Source: Candidatus Binataceae bacterium (lineage in GTDB: Bacteria; Desulfobacterota; Binatia; Binatales; Binataceae). From it: a stretch of DNA of 50,938 nt. This document shows, in pieces, positions 34,564 through 43,535 of this stretch. Position 1 is the first letter of the stretch. Every line of letters begins with the position of its first letter. The stretch is from the NCBI GenBank assembly GCA_035533435.1, contig DATLTX010000086.1:1-50938 (forward strand). Direction: 5' to 3'. Under the pieces are notes generated by a model. The model worked only from the letters and a program-made list of their open reading frames with translations, did no database searches and was not told the origin of the DNA. The position numbers and the translations under genes are program-made.

Positions 34564-35640
34564 GTGATACTCATGGACGCCCTGATCGTCAGAAACCTGA
34601 CCCGTATCTTTCCGTCCGGCGGCGGCGTACGCGACGTGTCGCTTACGATTTCAAGTGGCGAGTTCCTGGTTCTGCTCGGACCTTCGGGATGCGGCAAGAG
34701 CACTCTGCTCAGGCTCATCGCGGGACTCGATGAGCCCGACTCCGGCGCAATTGAGTTCGCCGGCGCGCCAACCGGCGCCGAGCCGTCCGCGCGAATCGCG
34801 ATGGTGTTTCAGAATCTCGCGCTCTATCCGCACATGACCGCGTTCGAGAATATCGCCTTCGGGCTGCGCCTGCGCAAAGTCCCGTCTGCCGAGATCGATC
34901 GCCGGGTCAGGCAGGCTGCCGCAAAGGTGGGCCTAAATTCCGGGCTCGACCGCCGCCCGGCCGAGCTCTCCGGCGGCGAGCGGCAGCGCGTCGCTCTGGC
35001 CCGCGCTCTCGTGCGCGAGCCCGAGATCGTGCTGATGGACGAGGCGCTGGGCAGCCTCGATGCGCGCCTGCGCTCCGCGCTTCGGATCGAGCTGAAAAAC
35101 CTGCAACGCGCGACAGGACGCACCTTCGTCTATGTGACGCACGATCAAGTCGAAGCGCTGGCGATGGCCGATCGGCTGGCGGTGATGCGCAACGGCCAAA
35201 TCGAGCAGATCGGACCGCCCGAGGAAATTTTCAATCACCCGGAAACCGAATTCGTCGCGTCGTTTGTCGGCGATCCGGCGATCAATTTTTTTGCTGCGCA
35301 GAAGGCCGGAGACGACATTGAGATCGCCGGCATTCGCTATCCGATGGCGATCGCCGCGAGTTCAGGCGCGGCGCTGCGCGCGGGTATTCGTCCCGCGGAT
35401 CTGTCAATCGATTCAACGCAAGGGGCTTTTGCGATCGATATCGCGATCGAGAGCGTCGAGTTTTCCGGCGCTTCGTTTATCGTGCGCGGAACCGTCGCTC
35501 CCGAGCGCGCGGATCGCCACAAGATTCCGATCTGCGCTGTGACTTCGCGCCGCGTCGCGCCCGGCCAGACCCGCCGTTTCTTCTTCGATCCGGCCAAAAT
35601 CCATCTGTTCGACGCCGCCTCCGGCCGTCGGCTCGATTGA
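34564..35640 (+). CDS. sugar ABC transporter ATP-binding protein (MalK/UgpC-like)
   Basis: Walker A GPSGCGKST, signature LSGGERQRVALARA, Walker B IVLMDEA, C-terminal regulatory/TOBE-like domain. Confidence 0.95.
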   Translation: MILMDALIVRNLTRIFPSGGGVRDVSLTISSGEFLVLLGPSGCGKSTLLRLIAGLDEPDSGAIEFAGAPTGAEPSARIAMVFQNLALYPHMTAFENIAFGLRLRKVPSAEIDRRVRQAAAKVGLNSGLDRRPAELSGGERQRVALARALVREPEIVLMDEALGSLDARLRSALRIELKNLQRATGRTFVYVTHDQVEALAMADRLAVMRNGQIEQIGPPEEIFNHPETEFVASFVGDPAINFFAAQKAGDDIEIAGIRYPMAIAASSGAALRAGIRPADLSIDSTQGAFAIDIAIESVEFSGASFIVRGTVAPERADRHKIPICAVTSRRVAPGQTRRFFFDPAKIHLFDAASGRRLD

Positions 35641-35729
35641 CGCGCGCCCAGGCCGGTACTTCAAAATTTCCCGGGCGCGGCGCGAAAATCTGCTTCGGAC
35701 CTCCGGCTGGATTCCGGTATGATCGCTAG

Positions 35730-38183
35730 GTGGCAGTGGCAAAGGCGGGTGACAAGCAGGGCGGGAAGCGCCGCAAAAAGCGCGAATGGCGGATCGCCGG
35801 ATGGCGCGTGCGCACCGTCGCGGGCGCGGCATTCCTGCTCGTTGCGTTCGCGACCGGCTTTTATCTCGCGCAACTCTACGGCGAAATTTCCGCGATGATC
35901 GAGCAGCGCCGCGCGGCGCTGACCAGCGCAATCTACTCCGCACCCGCGGCGATTCGACCGGGCGACGATATCGTTCGCGTCGGTCTGATTGATCGCCTGA
36001 GCCATCTCAGCTACACGCAGACTGCGGCGCCCGCTTCGCCGGGCGAGTACTCGCGCGTGCCCGGCGTGATTACGATCTACACGCGCGGCTTCACTCTGGC
36101 GGGCGCAGACTACCCGGCCGCAATCGTCCGGGTTGCGCTCAGCGGAACTCATATCTCCAACGTGATTGATTCGTTCGGCGTACCCACGCGCACCGCCGCG
36201 CTCGAGCCCGAGGTGATCGGGCGGCTCTTGCCGGGCGCTCCCGCCGAACGCGTCGAGGTGGCGCTGGGCGAGATGCCGCCGTACCTGGTGAAGGGTCTGA
36301 TCGCGACCGAGGACCGCTGGTTTTACTATCATCCGGGAATCGATCCGATTCGCATAATCGAAGCGGCAATGGTCGATCTGCGATCGCATCATCTGGCCCA
36401 GGGCGCCAGTACGCTGACGCAGCAGCTCGCGCGCACCTTCATGGACCGGCATGAGCGCAGCTTCAGCCGGAAATTCCGCGAGCTCGCCGTCGCGCTCGTG
36501 CTCGAGATGCGCTTGGGCAAGCAGGAAATCCTCGAGCGCTACATCAATGACGTTCCGATGGGCTCGTACGACGGCACGCCGATCGAGGGATTGCCGCAGG
36601 CCGCGCGCTACGTGTTCAACAAGGACCTGGGCGAGGTCACTCCGGCCGAAGCCGCGACGCTCGTGGGGATGATCCAGGCGCCTTCCCTGTACGACCCGCG
36701 GCGGCATCCGGCGAACTGCCTCGCGCGGCGCAATATCGTGCTTGGTGTGATGAAGGACGCGGGCGTGATCGACGCGGCCGCGTATCAAACCGCCATACGC
36801 ACGCCGATCGACGTGACGATGCCGCCGGGCTTGCGCCGCGCGCCATATTTTACCGACTACGTGACCAGCTTCGTCGAAAAAATCCCCGGCCTTAACGGGC
36901 ACCTCGAGGGGCTCAAGGTCTATACGACGCTTGATCCTGAAATGCAGGCGCTTGGCCAGGATACGATCGAACAGAATCTCGCGCGGCTTGAAAAATCGCA
37001 CAGCAGACTGCGCCGCGCTGACAGAAAGCAGCAGCTTGAAAGCGCGATGGTCACGCTTGACGCTTCGAGCGGCGCGATTCGCGCGATGATCGGCGGACGC
37101 GACTACGCCCAAAGCCAATTCAATCGGGCCGCGATGGCCCAGCGGCAGCCTGGCTCGGCCTTCAAGCCGATAGTCTATCTGACCGCGCTCGATCCCGCGC
37201 GCGCGCCGTTCTCGCCCGCGATGACGCTGGCGACGGTGCTGCCCGATCGCCCGATGTCGTTCGGAACGTGGACGCCCGTCAACTACGAACGCAACTATCA
37301 GGGACAGGTGACGGTGGCGGAGGCGCTCTACGAGTCGCTCAACGTGCCGACAGCGTGGGTCGGCAGCCAGCTCGGGCCCGGCAGGATTGTGCAGACCGCG
37401 CACGAAATGGGAATCCATGAAGACCTGCCCGCCGTGCTGCCGATCTCGATCGGCTCGGACGAAACAACGCTGCTCGAACTGGTCGGCGCGTACCAGGTCT
37501 TCGCCAACGCCGGCGTCGAAGATACCCCATACGCGGTCGAATCGGTCGTCGATAGGGCGGGGCACGTTATCTATCATCACGACGACGACGAGCATCGCGT
37601 GATCAACCCGTCGGTGGCTTACTTGATCACGGGCGCGCTCGAGCAGGTGCTGCGCTACGGCACGGGCGCGGCGGCGCAGAGGATGGGGGTGAATTTTCCC
37701 GCGGCGGGCAAAACCGGAACCACGCAGGATTACCACGACGGCTATTTTATCGGGTACACGCCCGATCTCGTGTGCGGCGTGTGGGTCGGCTTCGACGAAC
37801 CGCAGAGCCTGGGATTGCCGGGCGCGAGCGTCGCGCTGCCGGCGTGGGCGGATTTCATGACTCATGCGACCGCGGCCGCCTCGTCGGATTTTGCCGAGCC
37901 GTCGGGAATCGTGATGGCCACGATCGATCCGCAAAGCGGCGGCCTTGCGACACCCGCATGTCCGCGCGCGATTGCGCTGCCGTTTCTGATTGGAACCGCG
38001 CCCACCGCGATGTGCCCGCTGCACGGCGGCGGCGGAATCCTCGCCTCGCTACCGGCGGCGCTGGGCGGAACGCCGAGTCCTTCGGCTGGCGCGGTGGGCG
38101 CTCCAGGAGCGGCCCAGCCGATTCCGAGTGCGAGTCCGTCGCCGCGCGGAATCGTAGGCTTCTTTCATCGCCTGTTTCACTGA
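35730..38183 (+). CDS. mrcA: penicillin-binding protein 1A family (bifunctional glycosyltransferase GT51 / transpeptidase)
   Basis: GT51 motifs (ATEDRWFYYHPGIDP, GASTLTQQL), transpeptidase SxxK (GSAFKP), KTGT motif (GKTGTT), N-terminal TM anchor. Confidence 0.95.
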   Translation: MAVAKAGDKQGGKRRKKREWRIAGWRVRTVAGAAFLLVAFATGFYLAQLYGEISAMIEQRRAALTSAIYSAPAAIRPGDDIVRVGLIDRLSHLSYTQTAAPASPGEYSRVPGVITIYTRGFTLAGADYPAAIVRVALSGTHISNVIDSFGVPTRTAALEPEVIGRLLPGAPAERVEVALGEMPPYLVKGLIATEDRWFYYHPGIDPIRIIEAAMVDLRSHHLAQGASTLTQQLARTFMDRHERSFSRKFRELAVALVLEMRLGKQEILERYINDVPMGSYDGTPIEGLPQAARYVFNKDLGEVTPAEAATLVGMIQAPSLYDPRRHPANCLARRNIVLGVMKDAGVIDAAAYQTAIRTPIDVTMPPGLRRAPYFTDYVTSFVEKIPGLNGHLEGLKVYTTLDPEMQALGQDTIEQNLARLEKSHSRLRRADRKQQLESAMVTLDASSGAIRAMIGGRDYAQSQFNRAAMAQRQPGSAFKPIVYLTALDPARAPFSPAMTLATVLPDRPMSFGTWTPVNYERNYQGQVTVAEALYESLNVPTAWVGSQLGPGRIVQTAHEMGIHEDLPAVLPISIGSDETTLLELVGAYQVFANAGVEDTPYAVESVVDRAGHVIYHHDDDEHRVINPSVAYLITGALEQVLRYGTGAAAQRMGVNFPAAGKTGTTQDYHDGYFIGYTPDLVCGVWVGFDEPQSLGLPGASVALPAWADFMTHATAAASSDFAEPSGIVMATIDPQSGGLATPACPRAIALPFLIGTAPTAMCPLHGGGGILASLPAALGGTPSPSAGAVGAPGAAQPIPSASPSPRGIVGFFHRLFH

Positions 38184-38195
38184 ACGCGTGCGGCT

Positions 38196-39080
38196 CTATT
38201 CGGCGGAATCGGGATCGCCGCCCGGTTCGCGATCGTCGCTGGCGTCGGACGTGTCGGCGGGCTCGCCAAAATTTCCGGCCGGGACAGGCTCCGCGCCCGC
38301 GGAAATATCGGCCAGACGGCGGGCGACGATGATGAACGCCGAATGGGCGACCATCCGGAAAAACGGCCGCACACTCATCCCTTTGACCTGCCAATGGCGC
38401 AGCAGCGTCTCGAAAGTCTCGACCTCGCCGAAGTCCGCACGGGCCTGGAGCGCATCGACGGTGTCCTTAATCTGGAGCGCGGTCGGAACGTAGGAGACCA
38501 GCACGCCGCCGGGACGCAGCGCGCGTGCGGCAACCTCGAGCGCGCGGCTGGGTTCGGGCAAATCGAGGAACATCCGATCGGCGCCGGTCTCGTCGAAGCC
38601 TTCGTAGAGGTCGCGCAGCTTGAGCGTCCAGTTGGGAGCGTAGCCGAAGTAGGCGGCGACATTCTTGCGCGCGACGGCCGCAAAGTCCTCGCGAATCTCA
38701 TACGAAATGACGCGGCCCGCGGGTCCGACCGCGCGCAAGAGCGCGATCGTCAGCGCGCCCGCGCCGGTGCCGCCTTCGATTACGGTCGCGCCGGGAAACA
38801 CGTCGCCCCAGATGAGCAGCGGGCCGGTATCTTTCGGATAGATCACCTGCGCGGCGCGCGGCAATAGCGGAATCAGATCGGCGTAAGTCGGACGCAGGAC
38901 CAGGAAAGTTTCGCCGCCCGAAAATTTCACGCGCGAGCCTTCTTCGATTCCAAAAATCGAATCCGCAACGAGTTCGCCGCGGATCAGGATTTTCTTCCCC
39001 GCGTTGAGGGTTTTCAGATAGCGGCGTCCCTTGCGGTCAATAAAGATTACCGCGTCACCAGCTTTGAGTTGCGATTCCAA
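38196..39080 (-). CDS. trmI: tRNA (adenine-N1)-methyltransferase TrmI/GCD14 family
   Basis: N-terminal GDAVIFIDRKGRRYL...beta domain, then the SAM motif VIEGGTGAGALT. TTG start. Acidic C-terminal tail. Confidence 0.85.
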   Translation of the reverse strand: MESQLKAGDAVIFIDRKGRRYLKTLNAGKKILIRGELVADSIFGIEEGSRVKFSGGETFLVLRPTYADLIPLLPRAAQVIYPKDTGPLLIWGDVFPGATVIEGGTGAGALTIALLRAVGPAGRVISYEIREDFAAVARKNVAAYFGYAPNWTLKLRDLYEGFDETGADRMFLDLPEPSRALEVAARALRPGGVLVSYVPTALQIKDTVDALQARADFGEVETFETLLRHWQVKGMSVRPFFRMVAHSAFIIVARRLADISAGAEPVPAGNFGEPADTSDASDDREPGGDPDSAE

Positions 39081-39161
39081 GATGGCTTAACGCATATGCG
39101 GACGGATGCGTGCGCGCAACCCGCGAACGTGTCAGGCAGCGGGGCATGCGCGACCATGCCG

Positions 39162-40142
39162 CTAAACGTTGACTGGGCGCATGTCGTAGTAGCGGTCGCC
39201 GGCGGCGAATCCCTTCGGCGCCACTTCCTCGATTCGTGCCAGATCGGTCTTGGAAAGTTTTACGCTCGCCGCCGCCGCATTTTCTTCCAGGTACTTGCGG
39301 CGCTTGGTACCCGGAATCGGCACCATATCGTCGCCCTGTGCGAGCACCCATGCCAGAGCGAGCTGACTCGGCGTGAGTTGCTTCTCGTCGGCGATTTGTT
39401 TCAGGCGATCGACAACTCGGAGGTTACGCTCGAAGTTTTCGCGCTCGAACCGCGGCGAAATACGCGCGCGCATGTCGTCGGCGCCGAACTCGTCGATCGA
39501 GCGGATCGTCGCGCTCAGCATCCCGCGTCCGAGTGGACTGAAGGGAACGAAGCCGATTCCAAGCTCGCGCAGCGTGGGAATAACGTCATCTTCGTAGTCG
39601 CGCGTCCATAGCGAGTACTCCGACTGCACCGCGGATATCGGATGCACCTTGTGGGCGCGGCGAATGGTAGCCGCCGCCGCTTCCGACAGGCCGATGTAGC
39701 GCACCTTGCCTTGGCGTACCAGCTCGGCCATCGCGCCTACCGTGTCCTCGATCGGCACGCTGCGGTCCACGCGATGCTGGTAATAGAGATCGATATGGTC
39801 CACGCCCAGGCGTTTCAGTGATCCATCGCACGCCGAGTGCACGTAGTCGGGGCGGCCGTTGACGCTGCGCTTCCCGCCCGGGCCGAATACGTTGCCGAAC
39901 TTGGTCGCGATCTGGATACGGCTGCGAAAGGGCTCGAGCGTTTTGCCGACCAGCTCCTCGTTGCGATGGTTCCCGTACACGTCGGCCGTGTCGAAGAAGT
40001 CGACTCCAAGCTCGATCGCTCGATTCAGCGTAGCGATCGATTCGGCTTCATCGGCAACTCCGTAACTCTGCGACATCCCCATGCATCCGAGTCCGATCGC
40101 GGATACGACGAGCCCCTGCGTTCCGAGTTTGCGCTTTTCCAT
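39162..40142 (-). CDS. aldo/keto reductase (AKR11/13-like)
   Basis: [24 protein letters not shown]...FFDTADVYG...LYYQHRVD pattern. The start is the ATG at 40142. The 111-codon upstream extension in the ORF track crosses a repeat element. Confidence 0.9.
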   Translation of the reverse strand: MEKRKLGTQGLVVSAIGLGCMGMSQSYGVADEAESIATLNRAIELGVDFFDTADVYGNHRNEELVGKTLEPFRSRIQIATKFGNVFGPGGKRSVNGRPDYVHSACDGSLKRLGVDHIDLYYQHRVDRSVPIEDTVGAMAELVRQGKVRYIGLSEAAAATIRRAHKVHPISAVQSEYSLWTRDYEDDVIPTLRELGIGFVPFSPLGRGMLSATIRSIDEFGADDMRARISPRFERENFERNLRVVDRLKQIADEKQLTPSQLALAWVLAQGDDMVPIPGTKRRKYLEENAAAASVKLSKTDLARIEEVAPKGFAAGDRYYDMRPVNV

Positions 40143-40244
40143 AATGATCTTCTTACCACTGGGAGGTGCATGACCAGAAGCATCGCGAGACGCCAACTCT
40201 AGCCGGCGCGGGGCTTGTTCTTCACCGAGGATACCCGCGACAAT

Positions 40245-40426
40245 CGGGATTTCTCGCCGCGAGTGCTGATGCGGAGTGAGGCGCTGCATCGGTAGCGGGC
40301 GGAGGGTTGGCTCGAAATGACCGATCGAGGGTGGTGCAGAGATATTATGATAGTCAGGCATTGAGCCCGCATCCGTCATTTCGACCCCTTCGACGTTGCT
40401 CAGGGCAGGCTCTGGGAGAAATCCCG
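40245..40426. repeat. nested inverted repeats (REP/MITE-like structure) upstream of the AKR gene
   Basis: Outer arms are CGGGATTTCTC (40245-40255) and GAGAAATCCCG (40416-40426). Inner arms are TCGAAATGAC (40312-40321) and GTCATTTCGA (40375-40384). Confidence 0.5.
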
Positions 40427-40554
40427 GGCGGGGGGTTATCGCGCGTGGCAGGGCTCGATTTCTTGAACGCGGCATTTCGTGTATAGTAGGTCGTTAAGCC
40501 ACGCGACCAGCGCGGCTGGTTAATCACAATCCTTCAGGACGGCTCAATCTCGTT

Positions 40555-40725
40555 ATGGCTGAAAAGAAAGCAAAGACTGCGGAAAAGACCGGCGAGGTCC
40601 AGCACAAGCATCTGTGTCCCAACTGTGGCGCCGAAAGCAAGGTGACCAAGTTCGCCGGCTACGGGCGCAAGGGCTTTTACCTCGTATGCGAGAAAGCCTG
40701 CGGCTTTATCGGGAAGACCCGCTGA
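40555..40725 (+). CDS. small zinc-ribbon protein (56 aa), not in the ORF track
   Basis: MAEKKAKTAEKTGEVQHKHLCPNCGAESKVTKFAGYGRKGFYLVCEKACGFIGKTR, with CPNC...C..AC cysteines and a Lys-rich N-terminus. The next gene follows after 15 nt. Confidence 0.5.
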   Translation: MAEKKAKTAEKTGEVQHKHLCPNCGAESKVTKFAGYGRKGFYLVCEKACGFIGKTR

Positions 40726-40740
40726 GGCCCTGAGGAAACC

Positions 40741-41166
40741 ATGGGCAGGGCGCGCAAGAGCAAGACTTCCAAGCGTAACAAGTACGCGAGCTTCGGCGAC
40801 AGCGGCGACGAGTCCGAGGAAGATGCCGATCTTCCCAAGGACGAAGCGGGCCGGCGCAAGATCAAGCGCCAGTACGCCGAGCTGCTGGGCATCCGCATCG
40901 AAAAGCTGCGCGGGCGGATTCTGAACCGCGAGCGGATCAACAAGACGATCGAGGGCATCTACTTCATCTGCTCGGGATGCATGAAGGTGTGCCATTCGCT
41001 TGATGACGGGCTGACCGAAGATCCCGCCAATCTGAACAATCTGTGCGGCGAATGCACCAAGCTCCAGGCGCAGGCCGCCGCGCACGCCGCCAAAGAGGCG
41101 GCGCAGGCGCCAGCCCGTCCGGCGCGTCCGTCGCGCGCGCGCAAAAAGCGCGCGGCCGCGAGCTGA
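40741..41166 (+). CDS. hypothetical basic protein with CxxC...CxxC zinc-ribbon (141 aa)
   Basis: GAGGA RBS 5 nt upstream. ICSGCMKVC...NLCGECTKL cysteine pairs. Lys/Arg-rich termini and an acidic patch. Confidence 0.55.
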   Translation: MGRARKSKTSKRNKYASFGDSGDESEEDADLPKDEAGRRKIKRQYAELLGIRIEKLRGRILNRERINKTIEGIYFICSGCMKVCHSLDDGLTEDPANLNNLCGECTKLQAQAAAHAAKEAAQAPARPARPSRARKKRAAAS

Positions 41167-41214
41167 AGCGCAAACAGGGTTGTCCGCGAGCCTGGGAAAA
41201 GATAAACCACTTCG

Positions 41215-42150
41215 ATGTCTCTGCAACTGATTCGTCCCGACATCAATCTTGATTTCGTCGGAAAGCGCCACTTCTTCGTAATTCTTTCGACCGTGATTAA
41301 TATCGCGGCCGTTCTGATGCTGATCTTCGTCGGCCTTAACTACGGCGTCGATTTCGTCGGCGGCAGCGTTGTGCAAGTGCAGTTCGACAAACCGACGACC
41401 GCCAACGCAATTCGCGATTCGCTGAAGCCAATCGGTTTAGGCGAGATCACGGTGCAGGATTTCGGCGCCTCGGCGGGGCATACCTATCTTCTGCGTTTCG
41501 AGAAAGTCGCCAATATCGGAAGCCTCGGTCCCAAGCTGGAGAGCCAGCTCGCAAAGAACTACGGCGCCGACGGCGCCAAGGTGGTGCGCGTCGAGAGCGT
41601 GGGAGCCAAGGTGGGCGGCGATTTGCGCCGGCGCGGTTTTCTGGCGGTCATCTTTGCGACTATCTTCATGGGCGTATTTATCGCCTTCCAGTTTCGCCAC
41701 ACGAGCTGGAGCTTTGGCGCCGGCGCGGTGATCGCGCTGGTGCATGACGTTCTGGTGGTGTCGCTAGCGCTGGTGATCAGCCAGTTCCAGTTCGATCTGA
41801 CCACGCTCGCGGCGCTGCTCACGGTTATCGGCTATTCGGTTCACGACACGGTTATCGTTTCGGACCGGATTCGCGAGGACGCGGCCAAGCGCAGGCGCGA
41901 GCCGATCGCGACGATCATGAATCGCGCGATCAACGAAACGCTGTCGCGGACCATTCTGACCTCGGGCACGGCGATCGTCGTGCTGATCGCGCTGCTCGCG
42001 TTCGGCGGCCCGATCCTGCGCCCGTCGGCGTTTACGCTGCTGGTCGGCTTTATCACCGGCACCTATTCCTCGATTTATATCGCCGGCCCGGTCGTCCTCT
42101 TCTGGGAAGGACACCATCGCGTCGGTTCGCTGTCGTCGCGCGCAGCCTAG
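41215..42150 (+). CDS. secF: protein translocase subunit SecF
   Basis: 311 aa. IRPDINLDFVGKRHFF...GLNYGVDFVGGS and six TM segments typical of SecF. Confidence 0.9.
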   Translation: MSLQLIRPDINLDFVGKRHFFVILSTVINIAAVLMLIFVGLNYGVDFVGGSVVQVQFDKPTTANAIRDSLKPIGLGEITVQDFGASAGHTYLLRFEKVANIGSLGPKLESQLAKNYGADGAKVVRVESVGAKVGGDLRRRGFLAVIFATIFMGVFIAFQFRHTSWSFGAGAVIALVHDVLVVSLALVISQFQFDLTTLAALLTVIGYSVHDTVIVSDRIREDAAKRRREPIATIMNRAINETLSRTILTSGTAIVVLIALLAFGGPILRPSAFTLLVGFITGTYSSIYIAGPVVLFWEGHHRVGSLSSRAA

Positions 42151-42207
42151 CGCGTGCGGCTTGGCGCGCTCTTGCCGTAGCTCCGCCATGCGGCGGAAAA
42201 TCCTCAG

Positions 42208-42519
42208 GTGGAAATCGGGCTCAAGACCGGCCGCGGACCGTACACGCTCAAAGAGGGCGCGCCCGCGGTGCGCGGCGGCGGTGCGATCGTGCTGACGATC
42301 GTGCTCGAGCGCGGCGACGGAATCGAGCGTGTGCTGCTGCGCTGCGCGATCGCGGACGAGATTGCGCCGGGCGATGACAGCGCCGCGATCCTCGCGCGAA
42401 TCGCGCCGTGGATCGAGCGCGAGTTCGAGATGACGCGCGAGATGGCTCTAAAAACGATTCGCGGCGAGGGCAGGATGCTCGAGATTGTCTTCGATGCGTC
42501 GCATCGCGGCCCGTTCTGA
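42208..42519 (+). CDS. hypothetical protein (103 aa)
   Basis: GTG-start ORF with reasonable composition. No family recognised. Confidence 0.4.
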   Translation: MEIGLKTGRGPYTLKEGAPAVRGGGAIVLTIVLERGDGIERVLLRCAIADEIAPGDDSAAILARIAPWIEREFEMTREMALKTIRGEGRMLEIVFDASHRGPF

Positions 42520-42578
42520 TCCGCCATGGCGCTGGAAAGCTTCATGTTGTGCGATATGGAAATCTCGAGGCGTCGCCG

Positions 42579-43067
42579 ATGAGTCCTGAAATTCGTCCCG
42601 CGCGCGAATCCGACATCGCCGAACTGGCGCGATTGGTCGCCGCCCTGGCCGCATACGAAGAAGCGCTCGACGAGCGCGCCCGCTTCGATTGGGACTCGAT
42701 CCGCGACGCGCCGAACTGGATGCGCGCCGTGCTTGCGCGAGACCATCATGCGGTCTGGGTCGCGGACGCGGGCGATGGTCATCTGGCCGGGCATCTGTGG
42801 GTCAGACTGCAAAGGCGGCACGAGGGCCAGAGGCCCGCCGAAATCGGTTACATCAGCCAGGCTTTTCTCGAAGAGAGCTTTCGAGGACGTGGGCTAATGA
42901 AGCCGATGCTCGCGGATGCGTTCGACTGGTTCCGCGTCAAAGGCATCGCGACGATCACGCTGAGCGTCCTGCATCGCAACTGGCTCGGCGCCGAGGCGTG
43001 GCATCGCCTTGGTTTCACGGCGTGGCGCGAAGAACGCATGATGGTCCTGAAGCCGCTCGTGAAGTGA
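42579..43067 (+). CDS. GNAT family N-acetyltransferase
   Basis: MSPEIRPARESDIAELARL... with the acetyl-CoA motif FRGRGLMKPML. Start at the ATG at 42579. The upstream extension in the ORF track is implausible. Confidence 0.85.
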   Translation: MSPEIRPARESDIAELARLVAALAAYEEALDERARFDWDSIRDAPNWMRAVLARDHHAVWVADAGDGHLAGHLWVRLQRRHEGQRPAEIGYISQAFLEESFRGRGLMKPMLADAFDWFRVKGIATITLSVLHRNWLGAEAWHRLGFTAWREERMMVLKPLVK

Positions 43068-43470
43068 CGCGCGCCGCACCGGCGGGAATTTGGCCGCATC
43101 GCGCGCCGACCCCGCGAAAAACGCGCCCCGGGGATCGGAAACACCGGACACGCGGCAATACCGTCGTCTGATTAAGCCGCCTGACGCCGCTCCGCTTCCA
43201 TTCTCTTCTGCTAATCATGCAATAGCCGCCCTCGACGTGATTGTTGTGATACGCAGGGACACGGCTCGTGATGGTTTCCCGCCCATGAACCTATTGCCGT
43301 TGCGGATGCGCTTACGCGCCGCGACGCGATTATGGCGCTTTCGGCCGCCGCTAGTCGCCACAGACCGGCCACTTTCATTACGCCGCGTCATTTCGAATTA
43401 TTCCTGCCGCGACTGCTCATTTGATGTTTGCCGCTACTGGCTATTACCCAGCCAGCCTCAGTTGGAAATA

Positions 43471-43488
43471 GTAAAAATATATTTTTAC
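43471..43488. promoter_or_regulatory. 18-bp perfect AT-rich palindrome GTAAAAATATATTTTTAC
   Basis: Seen directly, 18 nt upstream of a TTGACA hexamer, in an AT-rich patch of an otherwise GC-rich window. Confidence 0.4.
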
Positions 43489-43506
43489 GTGTCCGGCACT
43501 TTTTTG

Positions 43507-43535
43507 TTGACATCGATCTCTCGTGCCTCTAGCCT
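43507..43535 (+). promoter_or_regulatory. candidate sigma70 promoter (TTGACA-N17-TAGCCT)
   Basis: Perfect -35, 17-nt spacer, weak -10 of TAnnnT type. It lies 290 nt upstream of the beta-helix gene. Confidence 0.35.

Noticed and set aside
35661-38024. 787-aa minus-strand ORF, longer than many real genes
   Set aside because: It is exactly antisense to the PBP1A gene, which has unambiguous GT51 and transpeptidase motifs. The antisense translation is Arg/His/Gly-rich with no motifs. This is a typical high-GC shadow ORF.
40143-40475. 111-codon N-terminal extension of the aldo/keto reductase ORF
   Set aside because: AKR proteins start at MEKRKLG... as at 40142. The extension runs through the nested inverted-repeat element and looks non-coding.
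42161-42176. TTGGCGCGCTCTTGCC, a sigma54-like sequence upstream of the 42208 ORF
   Set aside because: The GG-to-GC spacing is one nucleotide short of the invariant -24/-12 spacing.
42208-43067. Small ORF followed by a GNAT gene, superficially like a TacA/TacT-type (DUF1778-GNAT) toxin-antitoxin pair
   Set aside because: The 103-aa protein shows no ribbon-helix-helix/DUF1778 pattern. The genes are 60 nt apart rather than coupled, and the GNAT looks like a generic acetyltransferase.
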